Shown here: in pieces, positions 8,961 to 19,442 of the stretch | Position numbering within the stretch: position 1 is the stretch's first letter | How the letters are laid out: every line of letters begins with the position of its first letter | Origin: Porphyromonadaceae bacterium UBA7572 | Lineage (GTDB): Bacteria; Bacteroidota; Bacteroidia; Bacteroidales; Muribaculaceae | Length of the DNA stretch: 64,000 nucleotides | Direction: 5' to 3' | Assembly: GCA_002476625.1 (NCBI GenBank) | Contig: DLLC01000070.1 | Span: 39,651-103,650, forward strand | The notes under the pieces: model-generated | Databases searched by the model: none | The model's input: the letters and a program-made list of their open reading frames with translations, nothing else | Told to the model about the DNA's origin: nothing | Translations under genes and position numbers: made by a program

Positions 8961-11960
8961 ATGAAAAAAATTTTCAACCTTATGCTTGTGCTTACAGCCG
9001 TGGCCTACTTTTCTGCCACGCTGAAAGCCGACCCTGTGGTAAAACCAAAGGACTTTTATTCAGGGAAATCTTACACATGGACCAACGCCAACGGCGGAAC
9101 AGTGACCTCCAACCTCACCGACGAGGCTACAGACCCTCGCCAAATCATGGCTCTGCTCAAGTACATCTACACCAACAAGGAGATTCCGGGCATACTTCAG
9201 TGTGGCTACACATCTAAGGGAGTGCGTGAAGGCACTATCGACTACGATGTGAAAGCTAACAGCGCCATGAACAAAGCCTACGGCATCACCGCCGGCAACT
9301 ACACCCCCAACGAGGAGGGCTACACCACTCTCATAGTAAAGGTGAAAGACTCCTGGACACCATCCGCAAAGGAAAGCCTCAGCCAGCAGCAGACACTCCA
9401 ATACGTGTCCGACGCCATCGAGTCGGTTCAGCTTCTGACCGAAGGCTTATACATGCCCGCTACCGACGCTGCCGGCAACAAGAACGTGAACCCCGGTGTG
9501 GTTTACCGCATGTCGGGCAGCGCCAACCGCTTCTTCTTCATTTCTAAGGGGCGTGGCCGCACATGGGGTAACAACTATGGTAAAAATGGAGCGATGATTA
9601 GCGAATACGCTCCGTTCAACGGTATGTTTGAGGAATACAGCCCTGTGGCAGTGAGCGGCGGTAAGCAGATTGAGAATTTCTACGAAGACCTGGTGAACGG
9701 CAAAATATTCAAGACTGAGCACGACTGCAGCACCGTGACTGGTCAGGAACACTACTTCTGCATGATGGGCACCACTGGCACTAAGAAGTTCGATGTTACC
9801 GACCTGCTGGTCACTATCCCCGACTACCGCCTATGGGACTGGAGCAACCGCGACTATCAAGGAAATTCATATTTCAAATACACAAACTACAACAAGAGCC
9901 ATGCGCCATCACTCGGACTTTACGGCATCCAGCTCAAAGCCACTGCCACCCCCACCGATGGCGACTACTATAAAGTGACATTGGCATGGACTTCGTCGCT
10001 CAACGAGGTTACCGGCAATGAAGTGAACCAGCGCTTCCTTCTGTGGGTGCGCGATGAGGACGGCTCTCTCAAGCCTCTCACCGGCGAGGACGGAAAGCAA
10101 GTGACCGTCGCCCCGGGCGAAAACTTTGAGTATTCCTACAATGAGGCTCAAACCTACCAAGGCAGAGAAATCACCTATGTGGTGTCGGGGCAGCCTACCG
10201 ACGCGCAGTTTGTCAATTTCAAAGAGGTTTACTCCAACAACGACAAGGTCACTATTCCTGGTCTTGACCCAGACGAGGGACTTCGCATCGAAATTGGCAC
10301 CGAATCAACCAGCGACTATGACCTGGCTACCGAGACCAACCACTACAAGAACCTCATTTCCATCGACCACAGCGTGGACAAGACGCATGTGAAGTACACC
10401 AACCTTCAGGCAGGCTCTAAGCTCACATTCTACCGCTACGATGTGAACCACAGCAGCGAGGCAACAAAAATTGCTGAGCTTGAAATCACAGGAGTGGACC
10501 ACAGAAGCGAGCAACAAGGCTGGGGATGGAATAGCAGAACATACTATTACAACGACTACAAATACAATTTGAGCTACTACGAGCAGGTTGATGAGCAAAG
10601 CCCTAAGAGCAACATCACCGGCGGCACCTACTCGATGACCACCAACAGCAGCTACTCTCAAGGCGTGACCGATGAAGTGGACTTCGACAAATTCGGAGTG
10701 GGATCGTTCTACGATGAGTTCAGCGCTTCCACCGCAGCCAACGAGCACCCTGCAAGCTACGAATACATGGCTTCGTTCTCCGGCCTGGGCAACACCACTC
10801 AGACAGAGCTGCACAGTTCATACAGCAAAATCAAAGTGCACAAAACGGAAGCCACGCTCACCGACAAGGCCATCACCATGCAAGATGTGGAGAACGACAA
10901 CGTGTGCTCGGAGCGCATCCACATCAACACGCACGACGCCAGCCCTGCCATCCAGTTCTCACTCGACCAAGACTTGAGAATTGCTGAATACAGCCTCAAC
11001 AAGGTGAAGAATCAGAACAACAGCGAGATGGAGGAAATCGGACTGGCACAGCGCCTGCCAAGCTGGGACTACGCGGTGTATGAGAATGGCAAACACAAGC
11101 AAAACGTTAGCCAGACTGAAGAGCCAGTAATCTCCGATGCATCAGCAAAAGTGGGCAGAAATGAATATGTGCCTGTAATCAAGACCTACCGCAACTCCGA
11201 CGATGGCACCTACAACACCTACGGCGCGCCTATCGTGGCATCGCACCGACTCATGGCCAACCTCTCGCTCGAGGACCAGCTGATGAGCACCTACGTGTTC
11301 AGCTCTAAAGGCAAGAAAGGACGCTATTACCAGGCAGTGATCAACATCGCTGCCGAGGGCACCGACAATTATGAGATTGTGAAATACCGCGTGTGGCGCC
11401 TGGTGGGCGACCGCGCAATGGAAGTGGAGCCCGACTATATGGCACGCCTCAATCAGGACGGACACCCCATCGTCATCGACTCCGACGATGAAGGAGAGCC
11501 CACTATCGACGAAACGCACAACGACTTGAAGGAATTCACCGTGAAAGGACAAGGTGGCGCAGCATTCCTGCCTATGCAGGTGAACAGCAACACCATCCGC
11601 GTGATCGACACCTTTGGTGCAAGCGATGTGACCGAAGACGGCGACCTCACCGTTTCCTACATTGTGCGCCTGTATGCTAAGCCAGCCACCGACAGCGACG
11701 ACGAAAGCCGCATCGGCTCACGCGCCGGAGGAACCGTGCTGGCAAAAGAATACTACATCGGAGAATCCACTATCAACGTCACATTTGAAGAGAGCACCCC
11801 AACCGGCATCTTCGACGTGGTGGCATCAGCCAAGACACCAGCAAGCGTGGAATACGTGAATTTGCTCGGACAGAAGTCGAGCAAACCGTTCAGCGGCCTG
11901 AACGTGGTTATCACCACTTACACCGACGGAACACAAAGCACTGCAAAGCGCACATTCTAA
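8961..11960 (+). CDS. Large secreted protein, putative T9SS cargo of unknown function
   Basis: Sec signal peptide; C-terminus PTGIFDV...YVNLLGQ...GLNVV...AKRTF resembles a type A T9SS C-terminal domain (CTD). Confidence 0.8.
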   Translation: MKKIFNLMLVLTAVAYFSATLKADPVVKPKDFYSGKSYTWTNANGGTVTSNLTDEATDPRQIMALLKYIYTNKEIPGILQCGYTSKGVREGTIDYDVKANSAMNKAYGITAGNYTPNEEGYTTLIVKVKDSWTPSAKESLSQQQTLQYVSDAIESVQLLTEGLYMPATDAAGNKNVNPGVVYRMSGSANRFFFISKGRGRTWGNNYGKNGAMISEYAPFNGMFEEYSPVAVSGGKQIENFYEDLVNGKIFKTEHDCSTVTGQEHYFCMMGTTGTKKFDVTDLLVTIPDYRLWDWSNRDYQGNSYFKYTNYNKSHAPSLGLYGIQLKATATPTDGDYYKVTLAWTSSLNEVTGNEVNQRFLLWVRDEDGSLKPLTGEDGKQVTVAPGENFEYSYNEAQTYQGREITYVVSGQPTDAQFVNFKEVYSNNDKVTIPGLDPDEGLRIEIGTESTSDYDLATETNHYKNLISIDHSVDKTHVKYTNLQAGSKLTFYRYDVNHSSEATKIAELEITGVDHRSEQQGWGWNSRTYYYNDYKYNLSYYEQVDEQSPKSNITGGTYSMTTNSSYSQGVTDEVDFDKFGVGSFYDEFSASTAANEHPASYEYMASFSGLGNTTQTELHSSYSKIKVHKTEATLTDKAITMQDVENDNVCSERIHINTHDASPAIQFSLDQDLRIAEYSLNKVKNQNNSEMEEIGLAQRLPSWDYAVYENGKHKQNVSQTEEPVISDASAKVGRNEYVPVIKTYRNSDDGTYNTYGAPIVASHRLMANLSLEDQLMSTYVFSSKGKKGRYYQAVINIAAEGTDNYEIVKYRVWRLVGDRAMEVEPDYMARLNQDGHPIVIDSDDEGEPTIDETHNDLKEFTVKGQGGAAFLPMQVNSNTIRVIDTFGASDVTEDGDLTVSYIVRLYAKPATDSDDESRIGSRAGGTVLAKEYYIGESTINVTFEESTPTGIFDVVASAKTPASVEYVNLLGQKSSKPFSGLNVVITTYTDGTQSTAKRTF

Positions 11961-12002
11961 AATGAGATCCTGAATAAACTAAATAGAAATAGCTTATGAA
12001 GT

Positions 12003-12041
12003 GGGGCAGCCCTGTCGCGACGACACGGCTGCCTCTTTTTT
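12003..12041 (+). terminator. Intrinsic terminator
   Basis: ggcagccctgtcg/cgacacggctgcc hairpin followed by T-run. Confidence 0.8.
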
Positions 12042-12071
12042 CACCCCTCCATCAGCACTCCACCCCAAAAA

Positions 12072-12236
12072 GGCTCACCCTACAAATATGAGGTATTACG
12101 CTCCAGTAGAATAGTGGCGGGCAGTAGAGACGCGATATTTCGCGTCAGCCCATCAATCTGTAAAACAAGTGGGCTATGAAAAATCCTCGCAATCCGTGAG
12201 AGACCCTCCTCCATATTTGTCGGGGGGGGGTGAGCC
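12072..12236. repeat. Small element bounded by inverted repeats and containing a GTAG-type REP core
   Basis: ggctcaccctacaaatatgagg ... cctccatatttgtc(g)9tgagcc; internal gtagagacgcgatatttcgcgtc at 12124-12146. Confidence 0.55.
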
Positions 12237-12348
12237 AAGGTTAACGCACGATTGTGGACTATTGGGCAAATAACAAGGAAGTATGGACTAATCGCCAAAT
12301 TGCCCATATCCCGAAAATTAAGTAATTTTGCATCGTAATTTCAAGCTG

Positions 12349-13332
12349 ATGAAAATAGGAAAAAACGACTTGGGCTACCGCCCTGTGATGCTGGCTCCGA
12401 TGGAGGACGTGACCGACCTTTCGTTCAGGCAGATATGCCGCGAGCAAGGAGCGGATATGGTGTATACGGAATTTGTGTCGGCCGACGCGCTTATCCGCAA
12501 CATCCAAGCCACGCTGCGCAAACTCAACATCTCCGAGAGCGAGCGCCCCGCCGCCATACAAATCTACGGCCGCGAAGTGGCGCCCATGGTGGAGGCCGCA
12601 AAGATGTGCGCGCAAGTGCACCCCGACGTCATCGACCTCAACTTTGGCTGCCCGGTAAAGAAAGTGGCTGGCAAGGGAGCGGGGTCGGGCCTGCTGCGCA
12701 ATGTGCCGCTGATGTGCGAAATCACCCGCGCGGTGGTCAATGCCGTGAGCATTCCCGTCACAGCAAAGACCCGGCTCGGCTGGGACTGCAATTCCAAGCA
12801 CATCGTGGAAGTGGCTGAGCAGCTACAAGACTGCGGCATACAGGCGCTCACCATTCACGGCCGCACACGCAGCCAGATGTACACCGGAGAAGCCGACTGG
12901 ACCCTCATCGGTGAGGTGAAAAACAACCCTCGCATGCATATTCCCATCATCGGCAACGGCGACATCACCACACCGCAAAAGCTCCGGGACTATTATGACC
13001 GCTACGGCGTGGACGGCATCATGGTGGGGCGCGCTTCAATAGGCGCACCATGGATTTTCAGGGAAATGAAGCAATATATGCTCACTGGCGAAGTGCCACA
13101 CATCTCCAACCATGAGAAAATGGCGCTACTGCGCCGCCAAATCGACGAGAGCATCAACCGCATCGACGAGTTCCGCGGCATTCTCCACATTCGCCGGCAC
13201 CTGGCAGCCACTCCCCTATTCAAAGGCATTCCCAACTTCCGCGAAACCCGAATCGCCATGCTCCAGGCACGCACCTTCCCAGAGCTCAACCAAATTTTAA
13301 ACCATATAGAAGCCACATATTTAGGCGAATAG
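12349..13332 (+). CDS. dusB: tRNA-dihydrouridine synthase B
   Basis: LAPMEDVTD, DLNFGCP, TIHGRT, IGNGDI, MVGRA motifs. Confidence 0.93.
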   Translation: MKIGKNDLGYRPVMLAPMEDVTDLSFRQICREQGADMVYTEFVSADALIRNIQATLRKLNISESERPAAIQIYGREVAPMVEAAKMCAQVHPDVIDLNFGCPVKKVAGKGAGSGLLRNVPLMCEITRAVVNAVSIPVTAKTRLGWDCNSKHIVEVAEQLQDCGIQALTIHGRTRSQMYTGEADWTLIGEVKNNPRMHIPIIGNGDITTPQKLRDYYDRYGVDGIMVGRASIGAPWIFREMKQYMLTGEVPHISNHEKMALLRRQIDESINRIDEFRGILHIRRHLAATPLFKGIPNFRETRIAMLQARTFPELNQILNHIEATYLGE

Positions 13333-13388
13333 CCACAAGTGGCAGCTACACTGCTTAATTTTATATTCCAATATTCACAAAAGAAAGT

Positions 13389-14144
13389 ATGAGAAAATAT
13401 GTATTCCTTATGTGCATGATGGCAATGGCGACCATTATGGCGGGAGCGCAAGGGGTGCAAGACAGCCTCGAACTGAACGTGGGCGACTTCACCACACTAA
13501 ACGTGAACAACAATATCAACGTGGTGTACCGAGCCTGCAAAGAAAAGGCCGGCACTGCCGTGCTGCAAGCGCCGAGGAGCATGGCAAGCAGGTTTATCTT
13601 CAAAAACGACAATAAAGGCAAACTCACCATACAGCTCACCGACTATAATTTCAACACTGGCGTGCCCACTGTCACGGTGTATTCATCTTCGCTGCAAGAG
13701 GTGGTGAACCAAAGCGACAGCACAGTCACCATCGACAGCATTCCGCAAATGCCCGTGTTCAAGGCCAAGACCTGCAACAACGGCTCCATCATCATTCACG
13801 GGCTAAACACACTCACCACGGTGCTGAAAGAGGCCACAGGCAAAGGCCACATCTACGCCGACGGCGTGACCGACAAGCTGGAATGCAAGCTGGTGGGCAC
13901 TGGGCTTATCTGCGCGCTCCGCTTGAAAGCGCGCGACATATCCTGCACAACGGGCGGGTCGGGCCACATCTATTGCCAAAGCACCGGCGGCTACCTGAAG
14001 CTCAAGGGATTCGGCAGCGGCAAGGTGCACTACACTGGCACGCCTTCCGAGGTGAAAGTGAAAAAATTAGGCACACTCAAAGCCATACCCTACAAAGCCG
14101 ACTCCACCACGGAAAACCCTTGCGACACCTGTGCCACGCGGTAA
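13389..14144 (+). CDS. GIN domain (DUF2807) exported protein
   Basis: Signal peptide, VGDFTTLNV start, repeated G-S/T-G-x-I beta-solenoid units, ending Y.G.P. Confidence 0.75.
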   Translation: MRKYVFLMCMMAMATIMAGAQGVQDSLELNVGDFTTLNVNNNINVVYRACKEKAGTAVLQAPRSMASRFIFKNDNKGKLTIQLTDYNFNTGVPTVTVYSSSLQEVVNQSDSTVTIDSIPQMPVFKAKTCNNGSIIIHGLNTLTTVLKEATGKGHIYADGVTDKLECKLVGTGLICALRLKARDISCTTGGSGHIYCQSTGGYLKLKGFGSGKVHYTGTPSEVKVKKLGTLKAIPYKADSTTENPCDTCATR

Positions 14145-14240
14145 ACCCCGCAGAAAAAAGTCGGCTGGGTGTTGCGATTGTTGGCGATATGGTGTAAATT
14201 TGCATAAGGCCAATTTACACCTATTTTAAAACTCGAGATT

Positions 14241-15692
14241 ATGGCAAAAACTAACGGAACTGGGCTCAAAACAGAGATAAAGCAAAAGCAGACGGCCATT
14301 CCCATCACCAACGTGATATTGGCCCCTTACCTGGAGAAATCGAGCAGGGAGGTGGAAGACGATGTGCTGAACGCTCTGAAAGAAAACCCGCTTCTGGAAA
14401 AGAAAACCGACGAGGTGGACCCACCCATCACCCCCCAAAAAACTTCCGACACTGAATACGACAATCCCGACCCCGACAGTGCGCCCTACGACAAGCCTCT
14501 GCCTGGCGAGCGTCTGTACCGCGCCAGCAACAGAAGTGCCGACGACGTTTACAACGCACCCGTGGCGGTGGCGGAAGAGTCGCTCGAAGAGCACTTGATG
14601 ACGCAAGTGAACGAGCTCAACCTATCTTCCACCGACCATCTGATAGCGAAATACATAGTGGGCAACCTCGACTCTAACGGCTGGCTCGCACGCTCCACCA
14701 GTGGCATTGCCGACGACATCACCTTTGGCGAGGAAGAAGAAGGTGTAGAGGTGGAACGCGAGGATGTGGAAAGAGTGCTGAAAATGGTACAGGAGCTCGA
14801 CCCTCCAGGCATAGCCGCACGCACGCTGCGCGAGTGCCTGCTGATACAGGTGAGACAGAAAGAACAAACTCCCGAAACCAAGCTATTGGAAACGCTCATC
14901 GACAAGTATCTCGACGAGCTTGGCCTAAGCCACTACGACAAGGTGTGCTCGCGCATGGGCATCACACTCGAAGAGCTGAAGGTGCTACTTGGAGCGCTGC
15001 GCAAGTTGCAGCCAAAGCCTGGCAACGGATTCTCATCAGGCATAAGCGACGTGCGCCGCAACCAGATTATCCCGGAATTTGAGGTGGACGTGGACGATGG
15101 AAAAATATCGGTGACGATGCCCAACCGCATCCCCGAGCTGGTAATCTCAGAAGAATTCTCCGACGGCATAAGCGCATCGGCAGCCAAGGACAAGACGGTG
15201 AAAAACTTCTACGACAGCGCCAACCAGATGATTGCCATTCTAAAACGCCGGCAGGAGAAACTGATGAAGGTGATGCGATCCATCATCAAGCACCAGCAAG
15301 CCTTCTTCCTCTCTGGCGACGACAGCCTGATTGTGCCTATGAAATACAAGGACATTGAGAATGACACAGGGCTTGACCAATCCACCATATCACGCATCTG
15401 CGGTGGCGACAAGGGCAAATATGCCATGACACCGTGGGGCACCTTCAAACTTAAAGACTTCTTTAGCGGCAGCGTGCCCACCACGGGCGACAGCAAGACA
15501 ACGGTAGCCACCAAGGCTGTGAGAAAAGCGCTGAAGGAAATTATCGACAGCGAAGACAAGAACCGTCCGCTCGGCGACGATGCCATCGCAAAACTGCTCA
15601 AGGCTAAAGGCTACGAGGTGGCGCGGCGCACCGTGGCAAAATACCGCGACATGCTGGGCATTCCAGACTCTCGCCACCGGAAGGAGCTGTAA
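14241..15692 (+). CDS. rpoN: RNA polymerase sigma-54 factor
   Basis: ENPLLE, GNLDSNGWL, DPPGIAARTLRECL, STISR, RpoN box ARRTVAKYR. Confidence 0.93.
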   Translation: MAKTNGTGLKTEIKQKQTAIPITNVILAPYLEKSSREVEDDVLNALKENPLLEKKTDEVDPPITPQKTSDTEYDNPDPDSAPYDKPLPGERLYRASNRSADDVYNAPVAVAEESLEEHLMTQVNELNLSSTDHLIAKYIVGNLDSNGWLARSTSGIADDITFGEEEEGVEVEREDVERVLKMVQELDPPGIAARTLRECLLIQVRQKEQTPETKLLETLIDKYLDELGLSHYDKVCSRMGITLEELKVLLGALRKLQPKPGNGFSSGISDVRRNQIIPEFEVDVDDGKISVTMPNRIPELVISEEFSDGISASAAKDKTVKNFYDSANQMIAILKRRQEKLMKVMRSIIKHQQAFFLSGDDSLIVPMKYKDIENDTGLDQSTISRICGGDKGKYAMTPWGTFKLKDFFSGSVPTTGDSKTTVATKAVRKALKEIIDSEDKNRPLGDDAIAKLLKAKGYEVARRTVAKYRDMLGIPDSRHRKEL

Positions 15693-15766
15693 GCGATGGG
15701 CCTGTGTTATAACGACACCATAAAAAAACGGACAACAAAAAAACAAGCACATTACAAAATGTAAAT

Positions 15767-16414
15767 ATGAAAGCAAATGATGTGAAATACGGCAGAATTC
15801 TGGTAGGGCTGTCACGCTTTGCCTCTGCCATGCTCAGTCCACTGCTTATGCCCACCTATGGCGTGCTCATCGCGCTATGGTGCTCCTATCTGAGCGCCTA
15901 CGACACGGGGCTGCGCGTGGCCATACTCCTGGTGGTGCTGGGCATCACCTGCGTGTTGCCCATGTTTGGCATCGCCACGCTGTTTCATTTCAAGATGATT
16001 ACCGACAAGAGCCTCACCGAACGCAAAGAGCGCTTCCTCCCCTACATATTCGCGCTGGTGTGCCACGTGGCGGCAGCATATTACCTCTACACGCGTGTGC
16101 ACGCCCCCATGTGGGTGGTGATGTTCTGCCTAGGCGGAGCGCTTGCCGTGCTCGTCTCGGCAGTGGTGAACCAATGGTGGAAAATCAGCGCCCACATGGC
16201 TGGCATAGCCGGCATAGTGGCACTCATCTACAATATGCATGTGCTCATCACCGAAGCGTTCAACCTGCTTTGGGTGATGATTGTGGCAGTGATGATTTGC
16301 GGTGTGCTCGGCTCGGCCCGAATCATCTTAGGAAGGCACACCCTCGGCCAAGTGATAGCCGGGGCCATCAACGGCTTCGTGTGCGTGAGCCTGCTGATGC
16401 AGCTATTCGGATAA
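15767..16414 (+). CDS. PAP2-superfamily membrane protein
   Basis: WKISAHMAG and SARIILGRHTLGQV motifs; multiple transmembrane segments. Confidence 0.75.
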   Translation: MKANDVKYGRILVGLSRFASAMLSPLLMPTYGVLIALWCSYLSAYDTGLRVAILLVVLGITCVLPMFGIATLFHFKMITDKSLTERKERFLPYIFALVCHVAAAYYLYTRVHAPMWVVMFCLGGALAVLVSAVVNQWWKISAHMAGIAGIVALIYNMHVLITEAFNLLWVMIVAVMICGVLGSARIILGRHTLGQVIAGAINGFVCVSLLMQLFG

Positions 16415-16465
16415 CGCACAGCCAACTAACGAAACATCAACAAATACATTTATACGCATCTCTCA

Positions 16466-16972
16466 ATGAAAGCATTAGTCAGCATCATTATGGGCAGCAC
16501 AAGTGATATGCCCGTGATGGAGAAAGCCTGCAAGTGGCTTAACGATATGGAAATTCCATTTGAAGTGAACGCGCTGTCGGCACACCGAACCCCCGACGCT
16601 GTAGAACAGTTTGCCCGTCAGGCTAAGGACCGAGGCATCAAGGTGATTATAGCAGGAGCGGGAATGGCGGCGGCGCTGCCAGGAGTGATCGCGGCGAGCA
16701 CCACACTGCCTGTGATTGGCGTGCCCATCAAGGGTATGCTCGACGGCCTCGACGCCATGCTGAGCATCATTCAAATGCCCCCCGGCATTCCTGTGGCCAC
16801 AGTGGGCGTGAACGGAGCTATGAACGCTGCCATTTTAGCGGCAGAGATGATGGCGCTCGGCGATGAGAAGATTGCCGAGAAAGTGGCGGCCTACAAGGCC
16901 ACCCTTGGAGCCAAGATTGAAAAGGCCAACAAAGATTTGGCCGAAGTGAAGTATGATTACAAAGTGAACTGA
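16466..16972 (+). CDS. purE: N5-carboxyaminoimidazole ribonucleotide mutase
   Basis: IIMGSTSD, SAHRTP, QMPPGIPVATV. Confidence 0.97.
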   Translation: MKALVSIIMGSTSDMPVMEKACKWLNDMEIPFEVNALSAHRTPDAVEQFARQAKDRGIKVIIAGAGMAAALPGVIAASTTLPVIGVPIKGMLDGLDAMLSIIQMPPGIPVATVGVNGAMNAAILAAEMMALGDEKIAEKVAAYKATLGAKIEKANKDLAEVKYDYKVN

Positions 16973-18753
16973 TGAGCGATATTTTCAATTACCATCGCCG
17001 CCCCACTGTGGCGGTGAATGTGGGAGGCGTGATGCTCGGCAGTGACTGTCCCGTAAGAGTGCAGTCGATGACCAACACCAACACCGACCACATCGAGGAC
17101 AGCGTGGCGCAGTGCAGACGCATTGCCGACTGCGGTGGCGAGATCGTCCGTCTTACGGCACAGGGCGTGAAAGAGGCAGAGAACATAGGCAAAATCCGTT
17201 CCGCCCTGCGAGAGCAAGGATACCAAGTGCCACTGGTGGCCGACATCCACTTCAATCCCAAGGCTGCTTTTGCCGCTGCCGCCGTTACCGACAAGGTGCG
17301 CATCAACCCCGGCAATTTCGTGGATCCCGCGCGCACATTTAAAAGCCTCACCTACACCGATGAGGAATACAAAGCCGAGCTGAGGCGTATTCACGACGCG
17401 CTTGTGCCATTCATCGACATCTGCCGCACACACCACACCGCTGTGCGCTTGGGTGTGAACCACGGCAGCCTGAGCGACCGCATCATGAGCCGCTACGGCA
17501 ACACCGCCGCCGGCATGGTGGAGAGTGTAATGGAGTTTCTGCGCGTGTTTGTGGAGCAGGATTTCCACGATGTGGTCATTTCCATGAAGGCCTCAAACGT
17601 GGTGGTGATGGTGGAGGCCGTGCGCCGTGTAGTGGCAGCAATGGACGCCGAGAATATGCACTTTCCGCTGCACTTGGGCGTGACGGAAGCCGGATTTGGC
17701 GAAGACGGACGCATCAAAAGCGCCGTGGGCATAGGCTGCCTAATGTCGGAGGGCTTGGGCGACACCATCCGCGTATCGCTCAGCGAAGACCCCGAACTGG
17801 AGATTCCCGTGGCGAAGAAGCTGGTGCAGTACATCACAAGCCGCACAGGGCACCCGCACATTGACGGCAAGTGCTACGACGGCTACGACTCCCTCCAGCC
17901 CCAGCGCAGAGAATCGGTTTGCGTGCTCCACAAGATAGGCGGACGAAAAGTGCCCGTGCTGGTAGCATCATGCCATCCCGATGAGGTGAAAGGAAAACTC
18001 AAGCCCGACTTTTATTTCACCGATGGAATGCTCACCGATGGCGTGAACGCCTACACCATTGAACCGCTCGAGAAATTCGTCCACAATCCAGACGCGCCTG
18101 TGCAGTTTGTGCTGGTAAAGGCCGACGCACCAGATGAGCTGCTACTGAAGCTAAAAGGCACGGCAAACGCGGTGGCTGTGGCCACTGCGGCAAATGTGAA
18201 TGTCACCGGAAGCCTGCAAGCCTTGCTCCACAAGATGGTGATCATGGGCGTGAACTGCCCTGTGGTGGCAAAGGTCTCTTACGCCGACACCGACACCGAA
18301 TGGCTTCAGGTGAAAGCTGGAGCCGACCTCGGCACGATCCTGCTCAACGGATTCGCCGACGGCGTGTGGCTGGAAGCGCCCCACTACGGCAGCCAGCAAA
18401 AGGTGGTGGAGTATGCCTTCGCCATTCTCCAGGCCGCCCGGCTACGGATGTCGAAAACGGAATTCATATCCTGTCCAAGCTGTGGCCGCACAATGTTCGA
18501 CCTGCAAACCACCGTGCAGCAAGTGAAAGCCGCCACCAGCCACCTCACCCACCTGAAAATTGGTGTGATGGGCTGCGTGGTGAACGGACCCGGAGAAATG
18601 GCAGACGCCGACTATGGCTATGTGGGGGCTGCACGCCACAGCATCAGCCTGTATAAAGGCAAAGAATGCATCGAGCGCAACGTGCCCGAAACCGAAGCCA
18701 TCCCCCGACTGGTGGCGCTGATCAAAGCTGGCGGCGACTGGGTGGACCCATAA
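16972..18753 (+). CDS. ispG: HMBPP synthase IspG, long three-domain form
   Basis: VQSMTNT, ADIHF, RINPGN, GVNHGSL, SCPSCGRT, MGCVVNGPGE. Confidence 0.96.
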   Translation: MSDIFNYHRRPTVAVNVGGVMLGSDCPVRVQSMTNTNTDHIEDSVAQCRRIADCGGEIVRLTAQGVKEAENIGKIRSALREQGYQVPLVADIHFNPKAAFAAAAVTDKVRINPGNFVDPARTFKSLTYTDEEYKAELRRIHDALVPFIDICRTHHTAVRLGVNHGSLSDRIMSRYGNTAAGMVESVMEFLRVFVEQDFHDVVISMKASNVVVMVEAVRRVVAAMDAENMHFPLHLGVTEAGFGEDGRIKSAVGIGCLMSEGLGDTIRVSLSEDPELEIPVAKKLVQYITSRTGHPHIDGKCYDGYDSLQPQRRESVCVLHKIGGRKVPVLVASCHPDEVKGKLKPDFYFTDGMLTDGVNAYTIEPLEKFVHNPDAPVQFVLVKADAPDELLLKLKGTANAVAVATAANVNVTGSLQALLHKMVIMGVNCPVVAKVSYADTDTEWLQVKAGADLGTILLNGFADGVWLEAPHYGSQQKVVEYAFAILQAARLRMSKTEFISCPSCGRTMFDLQTTVQQVKAATSHLTHLKIGVMGCVVNGPGEMADADYGYVGAARHSISLYKGKECIERNVPETEAIPRLVALIKAGGDWVDP

Positions 18754-18810
18754 CACTCACTTTGAGTTTATCACAAATTTCATTATCTTTGCTGCAAAAA
18801 CGAACTGGCT

Positions 18811-19422
18811 ATGAGCACAAATCTTCAGTATTGGATTAATCAAGACGGACAACAGAGTGGCCCTTACACCCTGGAGCAACTGCAAACTATGACCCTCACC
18901 ACTGCCGGCACCTACGTTTGGCACAAGGGCATGGATGGCTGGATGCGCATCGACAAGGTGCCTGAATTAGCGCTCTTGACTACGGCTACGCCCTCACAAG
19001 GCGCCCCTGCCGAGCAGCCACAGGAAGCACCCTCCACTGAAGCCGAAGAAGCGACCACTGCCGAATCCGAAGCTCAAGCCACGAAACTGGCGGCTGCTGA
19101 AGAAACGCCACAAGCGTCCACGCCACCAGCCTACACTGGGCCAGATCCATCGCTGGCGCCGCCCTACATGCCGTCACAGCAAATGCAGCCAGCGCAAGAA
19201 GAGTGCCCTCCCACCAATTTGGTGGCCTCCATCGTGTGCGCCCTGATGTGCTGCACCCCACTTGCGGTTGTGGCCATCGTGCTGGCAGTGCTCACCAAAA
19301 ACAAGTATCAGGCGGGCGACTACGCCAAAGCAAAAAAATACAGCGAATGGGGCGCATGGCTGTGCATTCTGTCGGTCGTGTTTGCCGTATTGATGGCGCC
19401 ATTCTCTATGCTGATACTGTAA
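18811..19422 (+). CDS. GYF_2 (DUF4339) + CD225/dispanin domain membrane protein
   Basis: N-terminal QSGPYTLEQL...VWHKGMDGW; P/A/E-rich linker; C-terminal PPTNLVASI...CC.PLAVVAI...GDYAKAKKYS. Confidence 0.85.
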   Translation: MSTNLQYWINQDGQQSGPYTLEQLQTMTLTTAGTYVWHKGMDGWMRIDKVPELALLTTATPSQGAPAEQPQEAPSTEAEEATTAESEAQATKLAAAEETPQASTPPAYTGPDPSLAPPYMPSQQMQPAQEECPPTNLVASIVCALMCCTPLAVVAIVLAVLTKNKYQAGDYAKAKKYSEWGAWLCILSVVFAVLMAPFSMLIL

Positions 19423-19442
19423 CACACGCCCACAATTAGCGA

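Noticed and set aside
17880..18440. Large insertion in IspG as an intein or novelty
   Set aside because: Matches the known long three-domain IspG of Bacteroidetes and has no intein terminal motifs
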